Shown: in pieces, positions 50,693 to 62,798 of the stretch
Layout: every line of letters starts with the position of its first letter
How positions within the stretch are numbered: the first letter of the stretch is position 1
NCBI GenBank assembly: GCA_028534125.1
Contig: CM052828.1
Coordinates: 57,972,001-58,036,000, forward strand
DNA from: Lama glama
Taxonomy: Eukaryota
Length of the DNA: 64,000 nt
Reading direction: 5' to 3'
The notes under the pieces: generated by a model
What the model saw: the letters and a program-made list of their open reading frames with translations, nothing else
Told to the model about the DNA's origin: nothing
Databases searched by the model: none
Position numbers and translations under genes: made by a program

Positions 50693-53064
50693 CCTTCATG
50701 CCTTCTTAATAGGACTTGTCCTCCATTCTCTGGGAACTCAGAGGAATGTATAAAAAGTGAAGGTTATGGGTACATAGTACAATCAACTACCGACACAATA
50801 AAGAGTCAATACCTTAGACCATTACATGCAAATTGTTCTATAGTTTTTATTTTATGCTAGATGATAATCATATTAAAAATAATTCCATATCAATATGAAC
50901 CAAAAAAAAATCTGTCACAACACTCTCCAGTTTAGTAATAGTAGATTTTTTTTCTACATCTTTAACGTTTTGTTGAAAAGTGAGTTTTTGTCTTTCAGTC
51001 TCTATATTTGCCTTATAGGGACGCTGCTACAAAGCCGTGGGAATATCCCACAGTCATGGGCTATTCCTTCTATTTCATATACAAAAAACCAATCTTTTGT
51101 AAAATGCAAATATTCAAAGTATTTTACATTCAAAAGAGACTCTTTAAAGTTCAATTTTCATTCCAACAAAATTATTTTCCTCTTTTTAAAGAACTTCGAT
51201 CCATAACCAAATTGCGTGCATCCACTGTTCACCCACCTTTGTGATTTTATGTTCAATCCATCATCACATCTCTGGGCTTTGGAAATGCTTCCATCCAAAA
51301 TTTCTACTTGCTGCCACTGCGTTCTTGGCCTCTGATTTCAGCCAAACGCCACTTAAATAATATTGATAGGAAAAATGTTTAAAGTAGTATCTTATTTTGT
51401 TTCTCCACTTTTTATCAAATTTCCTGCTTCTAAGAATAAAACGTTTAGGGACAACCCTTTAGCCTCAATCAGAGGACATTTTTTTAAAGTTTTACCTATT
51501 TTGGAGGGAGGGGAGGCACCCTCATCCCGGCCAATACCTTGGTCTCCACCGGAACCTCCGAGGTCAGCTCCGCAGGGGAGTTGAGTAGATCTCGTTCAGC
51601 AACTTTGTGCGAACATACTCCATTGTTAGAACTCTCGGGGAAAATGACCTTTTTTTTCCTTTTTTAAACAAAAAATTAAACTAGTTTCATTGTAAGTGTG
51701 CATACGGTGTTCTTAAAACATGAAAAAAATGTCATTGTCCTTTCTTATAATGTATGGCCAGCACATCTGACCAAAAATCCATCTCCAGCCAGGATTTTTC
51801 CATCAGACGGAAATGGAGGGAATGTCCTCTCAGGATGCGGGGCAGAAGAAATGCACACCTGAACTTTCAGCTTCATTGTTCAGGCAGGAAGTCTCCCAAT
51901 TTCCCTGCATTTTGTATTTTCTCTCTTTAAAAGTATACATTTAAAGTGCACGTCTATAAATGGGCATCACACAATCTCACTTTCCCAGATGACAAAGCCT
52001 TGGGGGGAAGCTAATGTTTTGCTATTATTAACTTATCAAGCCACCACAGTCCCTAGGCATTCCTTCTGGCAGTAAACCATATTCCTTTTGTTGTTGGCTC
52101 ACCGTTTATTTTTATGGCCCATTTACCAGTACTGAATTAAAATCAAATTTGTATAAATGATCTAATGCCCATATAAATAGTTCCACAAACTGGTTAGTCC
52201 TCTGAATACCCAGCACACCGCAATGCCAAAATAAGGTTATGAATCAAACACAAGCATAGATTTTCAGTGACTGATGGTTAAAAATATTCTTTTTGAAAAA
52301 CTGGTAGACAAAATCAGGAGAGAAAATGTTAAACAGTGCCAAACAAGATACGTTTGGCGCTAACTTGAGCACACGGTTCATGCACGTCCAGAGCAGGATT
52401 TGCAGCTGAACGAAGCCTGTGCTCAGTGCTGGCGAAAGTGCAGGTCGCAATTTCCTACTTCCTGTTCTTGCCTGTCGCTTGGCGTTTGGAGGAGTTGAAG
52501 GTTTCTGGACTACTTTTTCCATTTCTCAATACTAATGTCATCAAAGTGTACTGAAGCTTTACTTTGTGAATCCTTTTACTATTTTGGAAAAAACAAAGAC
52601 GAAACAGAATTCTTAAATGGGAAAATTTCTGTGATTCTAATGGGAGGCTTGGAGTTCACTAATTATAATGATTTGATTCTAATTTTTCTTCCTCAAGTAA
52701 TAAGCAGTTCCTAATTTGGGAGAAGAATTTAACTAATTTATTTCCTCGTAAATAAAGGAGGTGAGCCTCTTGGCTCTTATATGACTTTCCACAGAGATCT
52801 CCTTCTTTCCTGGCTTAACTGTGGCTATATGACAGTTAGAAGAGGTGGAAAATGTCACTTGAGATGCATGTGATCATGGGACAATGCCATCCCTAAGCAG
52901 AAGATTTTCTCAGGGAGGTATTGCATAGTTCTGTGATGCATTCTGCTCCCAAATATTGCCCTCACAGTGCATAAAATATATCATCTCACTCTGTGCTTCT
53001 GCAAGAAATTTTGCCAATGAGACGTCTATTTGGATTGAGATGCTACAACTTGAAAAAGGAGGTG

Positions 53065-53275
53065 GGGTGGTAGGCAGGGCCTCTGAGTCAGATTAATTTG
53101 GCTTCAATCCTGACTTAACCACTTAAGGTATAGATTTTCTGAACTCTTCTGTAAAACAGAGACGAAACTACCTACCACTGGGTTTGCTGTAGGGTGGGGA
53201 TTAAATGAGATAATATGTGGAATATAGTTTGATGCTTAGACATCATAGAAGCTCAAGGGTAGGGATTATTATTAA
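53065..53275 (+). mobile_element. MIR SINE
   Basis: 'ctctgagtcaga...ttcaatcctgacttaaccactta...ctgtaaaa...ctacctacc...ggattaaatgagataatatgt'. Confidence 0.8.
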
Positions 53276-53564
53276 TAAAATAAAAATAATCTTTTGCCCA
53301 GAGAAAGGCAAAAGATTAAACTAATCCAACTGAAGATTCAAATATCTGAGGTTCAACTCAGGCAAGCTACTGTGAAAAAAAAAAAATCAGATCCTTGCCC
53401 CTGTGTGGAGACTCTCCATGAATATGGTAGACACAAATGCAGACTGATTCAGATACTTCCTGGTGGTGATGTGAGTACCATGGACAGCATCATGGGCTTT
53501 TCTGAAATAATGAATTCAACTGAGCACATGAATCAATACATCTATGCTTCATTTTACTAGTTTT

Positions 53565-55835
53565 ATTTATTATTTTCATCTCTTACAATTAGGTTTTGAA
53601 TCTATTTTGAGTTCAGTTTTGAATATGCTGAGAACTCAGGTTCAACTTTATTCTGTTGAAAAGATTTTCCTTTCCCTGTGAATCATCTTGGCACTTTTTC
53701 CAAAAATCAATTAACCATAATGTTTGGGTTTATTTCTGGACTCTAAATTATATCCCATTTTACTATATATTCTATATAATATAGATATATTCTGTATGTT
53801 TATCATTATGCCAACATCACACTGTTTCGATTACTGCAGCTTCTTGTATATTTTGAAATTGGGAAGGATGACTCTTCCAATTTTCTTCATTTTTTTCAAG
53901 ATTGTTTTGGCTATTCTGGGTTCTTTGCATTTCCATGTGAATTTTAGAACCAGCTTGTCAATTTCTGCAAAAATGGCAGCTGGGATTTAGATAAGCGTTT
54001 TTGTCAAATCTGTAGATCAGCATGGAAAGTATTGCCATCTTAACAACATTAAGTCTTCCAGTTGGTGCACATTGAATAGCTTTCCATTTATTAAGGTTCT
54101 TAACTTCTTTCAATGATGTTTTACAGTTTTCAGTGTATATGTCTTGCTGTTTCTTTGCCAAATTAATTACAATCATTTGATTGTAAATGAAATTGATTAC
54201 TTAATTTCATTTTTGGATTGTTCAGTTCTAGTGTATAGAAACAAAATTGATTTTTGTGTATTGATCTTGTAACTTGCAATGTTGATGAACTTATTTAGTA
54301 TCTCTAATAATTTCTCATATGGATTCCTTAGAAATTTCTGTGTGCAAGATTATGTCATCTGAAAAAAGAGATTATTTTACATTTTCCTTTGCAATCTGGA
54401 TACCTTATTTTTTTTCTTTCTTGATTTCCCTCACTAGACCCTCCACTTGATGCTGAATAGTAGTGAAAGTGTCTTTGTCTTGTTCCTAATTTTATGTGGA
54501 CAGTTTTCAGTATTCTACCAGTAAGCATGTTATAAACTGTGGGCATTTCATATATAGAATTTAATCAGATTAAGGACGTTCCCTTCCTAGTTAGTTGAGT
54601 GCTTTTACCATAAAAATGTTGGATTTTGTCAAATACTTTACTCTGTATCTATTGAGATTATCATGTGGCTATTGTTCTTTAGTCTAGTAATATGGCATAT
54701 TACACTGACTATTTTTGTGTGTCAAACCAACCTTGCATTCCTGGGATAGATACCACTTATTCCTGGTGTATACTGCTTTTAATATGTTGCTGGATTCACT
54801 TTTCTGGTAGTCGTTAAGGGTTTTAGTGTCTATATTCATAAGAGATATTGGGGTTTAGTTTTTGTTTCTTGCGATGTCTTTTGTTTTCATATCAGGATAA
54901 TGCTGACTTCCTAAATGAGTTGAAAATTGTTCACTCCTATTTTTTGAGAAATGTTGGTCAGGAATGGTGTTACATTTTATTTAAATATTTGGTAGAATTC
55001 AGCAGTGAAGCCTAGGATTTTCTTTGAGGAACGTTTCTTTTTATTACTTATTTAATCTCTATTTGTTATTGTTATATTCAGATCTTTTATTTCTTCTTGA
55101 GTCAATTTTCTTAGTTTGTTTCTCTCTAGAAATTTGTCCAATTCACCTAACTTACCGAATTTTTTTGCCATGAAAGTGTTCAGAATATCTCTTTATAATT
55201 CTCATTATTTCTGTAGGGCCGATACTAATTCCCTCCCTTTCATTACTGATTTTCGTAATTCGAATCTTGTCTCTTTTGTTTTTCTGGACAGTTGAACTAA
55301 TGATGGTAAGTTTTGTTGATCTTTAAAGAATCAATTTTGGTTTTGTTGATTTTTGCTCGTCTCCATTTTTTTCAAATCAAATGTTTATTGTTTCCTTTCT
55401 TCTGCTTGCTTTGGGTTTGGCTTGCTCCTCTTAGCTTCTTAAGGAGGACAGTCAGGTTATTGATTTGTGATCTTTCTTATTTTTATATGGGCATTTGTAA
55501 ATCTCCCTCTAAGCTCTTCTTTAGCTACATTCTATAATTTTTGGTATGCTGTCTTTGTTTTAATTTATCTCAAAATATTTTCTTTTAAAAATTTTCCCTT
55601 CATTTTTATTGAAGTGCAGTCAGCTACAGTGTGTCCATTTCTGGTGTGCAGTCAGAATATTTTCTAATTTCTTTGGCTCACTGGTTACTTAGGAGCATGT
55701 CTTTTCATTTCCATCTGTTTGTAAACTTTTCAGAGATTCCTCCGTTATTGATTTCTACTTTCATTCCATTGTGTTTGGAGATCATAGTTTGTATGACTTC
55801 AGTCCTTTTAAATTTACTGAGACTTATCTGATGGC
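53565..55835 (-). mobile_element. Decayed L1 ORF2 (RT-region) fragment, ~2.3 kb
   Basis: Minus-strand peptides 'DIYTENCKTSLKEVKNLNKWKAIQC..GRLNVVKMAIL..LIYRF' and 'PTVYNMLTGRILKTVHIKLGTRQ' match L1 ORF2 motifs (ENYK..LKEIK...NKWK.IPC..GRINIVKMAILPK.IYRF; PTANIILNG.KL..FPL..GTRQG). Many stops and frameshifts. Confidence 0.93.
55584..55651 (-). mobile_element. 68-bp L1 3'-tail insertion nested in the older L1, with TSD
   Basis: 'tttttattgaagtgcagtcagctacagtgtgtccatttctggtgtgcag' flanked by tcaaaatattttct (55570-55583) and tcagaatattttct (55652-55665). Confidence 0.8.
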
Positions 55836-56399
55836 TTAATGTCCTGTTTAGTTTCAGAAATACCTGAACGCTAATTCTTCAATTAGATGTTTACTGAGAA
55901 TGAATTCACCTTACAATTCAACTTATCTTTTCATCAGATGCATTGACTGGAACTTATCCCAGCCTAATCCAGTTTGAACATTATAATTTAAGCTTTTAGA
56001 AGATACCAGATGTCTATAAGGCTATTTACTTATTTCAGCTTTTGAGTTTCTGTTTCCAATATAGAACAAATGGGTAATGATAAGTTACCCATACTTATGT
56101 TTTATTTAAATGCATCCTATTTTTCAAAAGTCTTGGCCCACTAAATTCAGGCTGGCTAAGTGAAGCCTTGATAAGTCTCATTTAACCAGTCTTCCTTTAG
56201 AGCACACACATATAAACACACACACGCTGTACTAGCCTATGAATTATAGATCCTCATTAAATAGTCAGTTTTAATCAACAGTTCTACAATATGCATCTGC
56301 TTTATTCTAAGCAAGGAGGATGATCACTGCAGAGAGCACAGTGAAAAATGGAACAATCTGCAATAAGTCGATCTGAAGACTAAAAAAAAGAAAAGTCAT

Positions 56400-56720
56400 A
56401 TGAGGCAGGACCAGAATGATGAGGTAAGCAGAAACTTTACAATATCAAAAATAACTGAAGTCTTAGAGGATTAAGGCTGGAGACTAGTGAACACATTAGA
56501 GCTGTGTTCAATATTTAAGGCACTACCATTCTGTGGCACTTTTATTAGATATTTGGGCATGTTTCCACTATGGGTAAAGTTAGGACTGAAAATAAATCTA
56601 AGGTAACTGAGAAGTAGATTATTGATGGTTAACTATTTACCATAATGTAAGAGGTAATGAGTGCCTTGTCACTGGCATGTTCGAGTACAGATTAGGTATA
56701 CACATGGTGGAGACTTGGGT
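56400..56720 (+). mobile_element. Possible L3/CR1 3' fragment
   Basis: 'agagctgtgttcaatatttaagg' and 'gccttgtcactggcatgttcgagtacaga' weakly resemble L3. Confidence 0.4.
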
Positions 56721-58664
56721 AGGAAGCTCATACATTGCACCGGGTTGGTTTTTAAACAACTTGGCCTACAGTATTCCTCCAAAACCTGGGAATTTATGTT
56801 TTGTGAGACAAAATCCCAATTATTAAGCTATAACACTAATTGTGATATGAGGTCCGAAGAGCAAATTTCAAAGAAGGTGAAAGGCTCTGAGCATGATAGT
56901 CAGGGGACCAATTGTGGAGGAAGACTTGGGAGGATATTTAGGACTGGGAGAGTGTTCAGAGGAAATCTGCAGAGGAGGAAAAAAAATCATCGAACACACT
57001 CAGATGTTAGTTTGACTGAGATAAAGATTCATGTGGATTTGTATAAAAATTGGGCTTAATGAGGTACAGTGTGATATAATCTATGGGAAGAGATGAAATT
57101 TTATCAACTGAGAAATACCATACAAGTGTTAAATGTTATTTTATTTTCACCAAGAGATTTGAACTGCCAGCTGGAATGTCAGGAAGCTTGGTGGGAGGTA
57201 ATGGTCAGGTCCAAGGTTGGCCAAAAATGTGTGTCCCAGCAGAAGCAGAGAGCTAGGAACTTGTCTAAGATTCCAGGAAATATACAGCTATGCAAGTGGT
57301 TGGCATCAAGGGAAAGGACTCTGGCCATCTGAAGAGACAAGAGTTAAGGGAAAACCCAAATCCCAAAGAAATATTGTATCTTCAGCGAGTAACTAAGATA
57401 TAAACTCAGGTCTGGCACCATATACAAAGGATTCCAAGGAATAAGTCAAAAGTCCAGTGAACAGAACTAAAAGACCAAAGATCAGAAAGGGGCCACTTAA
57501 GAAGATGACTTGTTTCTGAGCCTCAAAAATACTAGCCTCGGGCTCCGTCACATTTTATCCTTACTGGGAAGCTTGACCTCAGAGCCTGGGCTAGACTTGA
57601 ATTCAAGATGTAAGTTAAGGGGTCTTAGCCACGAGGATTGGAAAATTAGAGGAGAAGGAAGCCACCAAGAACAGCAGACATTTTTAAACTTGATGCCTAC
57701 TCTGATCGATTGCTAGTAACTTCCTGGAACATGATAGAGAGAAGGTTTGAGAAGATATGTTACTACACAGTGTGAAAATGCCACAGCTAAGTGATGGTGC
57801 CTTCCATGGGCATGGGGCAGAGGTCAACACACGCATCACCTGCTCGTTATTCTTGCACAAGAACAGTCCAAATTAGGACAAGGCTTTGGAGTGGATTAGA
57901 GTCAGAGTGTGGCACAACTCGACTACCAGATTAAAGCATCACGATTTTATGCGAGACTAGGGGACATCACTGAGAGATCATGGCCAACAGAACTGTGCAC
58001 TTCTGGTGTTGAATCAGGTTAGCTGAGTGGGTTTGCAGAGAAGCTCTGTTGATCAGGAGGGCAGCAGCTCTTCAGCGTCTGTGTCTGTGGCTCTCAGTTT
58101 CCACTCTAGTGTGAGGAATGAAATTCTGTGCCCGCATGTTACATCTTCTGTGCAGTGAATTGTGAAAGCAATTGCCAATAAGAATTATTTCATGTACACA
58201 GAATCCCATGTGCAGTATGCTGCAAATTTATTCATGATCTTCTCCAGCTAATATGAGGCAGCTGAGTTGCAGTGCCAAAATAACAGAATGATTTATATAG
58301 AAAACTGAAATCCACATTAAAGTTCTACTTGATCTCCTGCTCTGGAATTTGAAGAGGAATACAAGGGACATTTAAAAAAAAATAACCCTTCCTTGGTTCT
58401 CAAATAATTTACAGGCTTATTTCACTGTTATCTTATTCTTACTATGTTTTTAAAAAATAAAAATAAGACAATAACCCTTTCTAAGCTAAGATGTACAGGT
58501 AAAAGATTAGAATCATTGCTCATATAAAGTAGAATTAATGTTACTTATGAATATATGGCATAAAGATACTGACGAAATGACACCAAAACTAATGTGTAAA
58601 CTCAGTAAAATTATAAAATTTTAATTTGAAAATTAAAAAATATATAGATATGTATCTTACGGCC

Positions 58665-58760
58665 AACCGATGTTATAGATGAGGAAAACGGTACCCAGAG
58701 ATGGCAGGCACTCATCAAAGCTTCCATAACAGTTAGAGGCATGACGTGAGCAGATCCACC
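58665..58760 (-). mobile_element. MIR core fragment
   Basis: 'ttatagatgaggaaaacggtacccagaga...cagttagaggca'. Confidence 0.6.
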
Positions 58761-58766
58761 ATCTTT

Positions 58767-58818
58767 CCTCAGATGGAGAGGAAACCACCGCCCGTGTGGT
58801 TTCCTCTCCATCATGAGG
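58767..58818. repeat. Inverted repeat: 17-bp perfect arms, 22-bp stem with one bulge
   Basis: gatggagaggaaaccac (58772-58788) and gtggtttcctctccatc (58796-58812) with a 7-nt spacer; outer cctca/tgagg pair across one extra A. Confidence 0.95.
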
Positions 58819-60069
58819 TACCTTGAGTTTTCTGGTTTTTAGAGCATCATTATCCTCCAGTTCTAAGATCAAAAATCTCAGTTTTTGTTTACCACAGTCA
58901 CTCCCACGTCCTCCTCCCCGACCCCTGACCACTGCTGATACCTGCCTGTCTTGCTGACCTACCTTTGTACTTGCCTCCTCCTTTCTTCTTTATTTACTCT
59001 TGAATTTCTGAAATAAACTTCCCTAACAGCACTCTCATTCACCTGGTAGCTTTTAAAATGATTTTTAAAATTCTTTAAAAATTTTTAATGTAATTTTTTC
59101 CTTTTTGTGATATTCTACTGATAGATTTATTGAACATGTTTTATATCATCTTTCCCAGGCACGAAAGCCTTTGACAGCATCCAGTGTCCTGATTCAGGAC
59201 CGAAGTCTTTCAGAGCCTTATGCTCAATAGTGACACCCACATTCTAGCCCCAACTCCTAACCCACTTTTTTTCCCAAGAAAATCACTATGTTCATACCCC
59301 CATATGTATCTATAATTTTAATATCATATATATAGTTATACAAATGTGTGTCACCTTGTAAACCTGTGCACGTTGATTACATGTCATTTACTCCACGGAC
59401 TGCTGGGCGCTCGGCTTGCTGCCTGCTTCCCCACAGGTGCTCAGGCGTTTGGTGAGTGAGTGACACTCCTCCCAGTTTACACATCCGGTCGGTTCCTGAC
59501 ACGCGCGTTTCCACCGCAGCTGAGCAAGTCTAGTCTCTGCCTCAAGAATACGTGCCACACTGACCCCCGTCGACTCCCTCTTCCCCGCCAACCTCTTTCT
59601 CTTCTTCCCTTCTTGGCCGTCCAGGCTGGATTCTTTTCTACTGTTTTAACTCCTGCTTGTTCTACACAGATGCTATCTTTTCTGTATGCAGCCTTTCTTG
59701 GTTATTACAACTGGAAGAGAGTTTGCCCACTTCAGACGTCCCATTAGTGAAGAAATGCAATTCTTATAATTTGTTTGCTGTTTTATCTTCTTGTGGATGA
59801 AGAGGGCTGTCTTACCAATTTTTGTGTTTCCTAGAGTAGTTAGTGCCAAATAAAAGAGCAAACATGAAATTCTAGTTCATGATGGGGCACTGACCGTATT
59901 ACCTAATATTAATAGTAACAGAAACAGAACAGACCGTGAAAAGGAAGGGATTTTAGCAAACCAAAACTTTGGAGAGTTTTTGGAAGGTAGAAAGGAAAAC
60001 AGCACACGTGTAAGTGTGGACTGGTGGGCACTACAGAACTCCACAGACAGAGAAAAATTCCATCTTCTT

Positions 60070-60420
60070 TAAAAAAGTAGGAGTAAGCATTAAACTAGAC
60101 TTCTCATTAGCAAAATCTAATGCATGACAACAGTGGAGTAACATTGGTATGAGGAAATGTAAGTAGCATTCAAGCATGAGAGCAAAATTAGGTGCTTTCC
60201 AACACAGGAAGACTCAGAGAAAGTTTATTTGGCCATGCATCATTTTAAAAAACACTAAACAAGATAAATTCAAGAAACAAATCCAAAAAGAAATCTGAGA
60301 AAGAAGAGGATATGAGTTTTAAGGTGAAACTCACTTACCCTGGGAAGAAAAGATAAAGCTCAGAACAACTCCTGTACTGCTGGTGTAGAAATAATCGTTC
60401 CAAATTGGGATGTGAGGTCT
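60070..60420 (+). mobile_element. Possible old L1/HAL1 ORF1-region fragment
   Basis: 'agacttctcattagcaaaatctaatgcatgacaacagtggagtaacat' and 'caggaagactcagagaaagtttatt' resemble the L1 ORF1 3' part. Confidence 0.5.
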
Positions 60421-61699
60421 GAGGGCTGTGTGAAAATGTCTAAGAAGAAAGTAGACAGCGCCACACCAAATGAGTGATTATCTTTCCCGTCAAGAGAAAA
60501 GAAAGGCGATCACAAAGTGAGGTTAAAGAAAAACAAGAGGAAAATAAATCATGGTCCCCAAATGAAATTTTGACATCATTTTTTAATACCTGATGGGGTT
60601 TAAAGAACAGTGCCTTTTGAAATAACAAACTCAAACAAACACTGCCCAGGTAATTCGAATTCATAGGAAAAGAGAAGGCTGATAGATATTCTCAGTTCAG
60701 GTAGAACCACTGTGGATTTATGAGAGCCACGACTATAATTACTTTACCATGATTTTCTTTTCTAGAGTTTGATTTATTGTTTTTCACATAAGTACCCACT
60801 TTCTAAAGTTTTTTAAAATTTTACCTTTATTGGGATATTTAAGAATTTATATCGATTGTTGAGAAGAAACTTTTATTCTAAGTTTAGCAAGTTCTTCAGT
60901 TTTTTTCAATAATTTTTTTAAATGAAATGTAATACTTTAAAATATTAAGTTATTTTCTCATGATCATTCTTTTCTCTACTTTTCCAAATTTTTATAGCAC
61001 AAGTTTGTATCATTTTTAAAACAAAAACATTATATAACAATTTAAGCAAATTAATGTAATAAAAGTATCAAACAAATATCTTTAATTCCAGAAAGAGCTC
61101 AGAACTAATGAGAGAGATGAAGTGGTTTTTCAGCCTATGGTGCTGTTTATTTCTTTCACTTTTTTTAAATAAAAAAATCAAATGGTCTTGTTTACTTTGA
61201 ACTTAGAATTTTATTTCTTCTGTGTAAATGTAATTACTATTATTATTAATGTTTAATCCAGAATTACATTTTCTCTTATTTTAAGGAAAATAAATCTCAA
61301 AACTTTTAACGAAAATCATCAAGATTCAGTAGGAGAAAATCTTGCTCCAAAGGTAAGGGAGGAAGCAATCATTTATGAGGCTCTTTTTATTTTATTGATC
61401 CAACGTAAAGCATTTGAAAAGCAACCAACAAATGTTCTTACAATCATGAAAAGGAGAATCCAAGCTGTAGGAGGGTCAGAAGAGGCTGGATTGGTCAGTG
61501 GTGGTGAGGAAGGAAGGTGGTGTGTGGGTTTGGTCCCTGTTATAAGTCAGCTGATGATGGGGTGGGATCCTGGAATGTCACTGTGGGGAAGGGGAGGCCA
61601 CTGGACGTGGCTGGAGCTGGCTGGGGCCAGAGCTGCAGAACGGCCTCTCTCAGGAGAAGTTAGATCCAATTTTGAGGGAAGGGGCTGGAGCTCAGTGTC

Positions 61700-61875
61700 G
61701 GTGGCTGAAACGGGCCAGTGTAGGCTTTGGAGTCAGACAAGCCCGGGATAAATTCTAGCGCTGCAATTACACAAGCAAATTACTGGGCCTCTCCAGGGGG
61801 TCTGTTTCTTGTCTTCAAGATGGTGGCAATATTCCTTACCTTAATTCTTACCTCATATTTGCTATGAGGATGAGC
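61700..61875 (+). mobile_element. MIR SINE
   Basis: 'taggctttggagtcagaca...aattctagcgctgc...tctgtttcttgtct...cttacctcata...tgctatgaggat'. Confidence 0.7.
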
Positions 61876-62562
61876 AAGTCTGGACAGGACTGGTTCAGGG
61901 ACAAGCTTTGGTCCCCACAGAGAGGACTGGACAGTCAAGCAGAAAACGGTTTGTGCCAAACGGCTGTGCTCGGGAGTGCTGGAGGAAGCCCGCACCTCGC
62001 TGAGCCCCAGGGCCCCGGTTCCCTCCAGGCGCACCGGCCCCTGCATGCGCCGCCACGCCAGCGTGGGTCTCACGCCGCCCTCCAGCTCCTTCAGGTTCAG
62101 CTCGAAATTCAGCTGAACTGCACTTACGTTCATTGCCTCTCAACTGTACATTGAATGATACATAACATTTAAAAAATATATTTCTAGCTGGGTCCCACTT
62201 CCTACAGGTTTTATTTAATTGGTCCAGTGAGTAGCCGGGATTGAGAACCACCAGGCAGAATTCGTTAGTGTCCACAACTAAATGGGGTTGAAGAACTTGG
62301 GACGGAAAGGTGATTCCTCAGTTATAAACAGATGCTACCACCCACCTGCTCTCGTCTCTAGTTCCAGAAATGACTATTGGCTTGGGTGCCATACCAAGTT
62401 CTGACTTAATTTAGGTGACATGAATGCAGACCACAGTTCAAAGGCTAGGGAGAGCGCTTTAAATTAGGTAGCTCCCTGTAGTAAGCCTTCCTGAATGAAT
62501 CTTAAAACGTGAGCATGTGTGCAAGGCTACTGGGGCCGTGTGATGCCACATGAACCTAACAC

Positions 62563-62798
62563 TGAGGTGTGCAGATACTAGCTAGTATATATAAAATAGA
62601 CAAACAACAAGTTTCTTCTGCACAGCACAGGGCACTATATTCAATACCTTGTAGTAACTTACAATAAAAAAGAACATGAAAAGGAGTATGTGTATGTATA
62701 TGTATGACTGGAACATGATGCTGTGCACCAGAAAATGACCCAACGTTGTAAACTGACTATACGTCAATTTAAAAACAGAATTTATATATTAAAAAAAT
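62563..62798 (+). mobile_element. 5'-truncated younger L1 3' tail (camelid-like)
   Basis: 'tatatataaaatagacaaacaacaag...acagcacagggcactatattcaataccttgta...atgactggaacatgatgctgtgcaccagaaa...ttgtaaactgactatac'. Confidence 0.9.

Noticed and set aside
59380..59700. Possible old MLT1-type LTR
   Set aside because: Similarity too weak to call by eye.
60330..60360. Minus-strand 'cttttcttcccAG-G-GTAAGT', resembling a recursive splice site
   Set aside because: One base separates acceptor and donor, so it is not the AG|GT geometry, and it lies in a probable old L1-type fragment.
62180..62252. Possible MER5A fragment ending 'ttgagaaccac'
   Set aside because: Too short and degraded to support.
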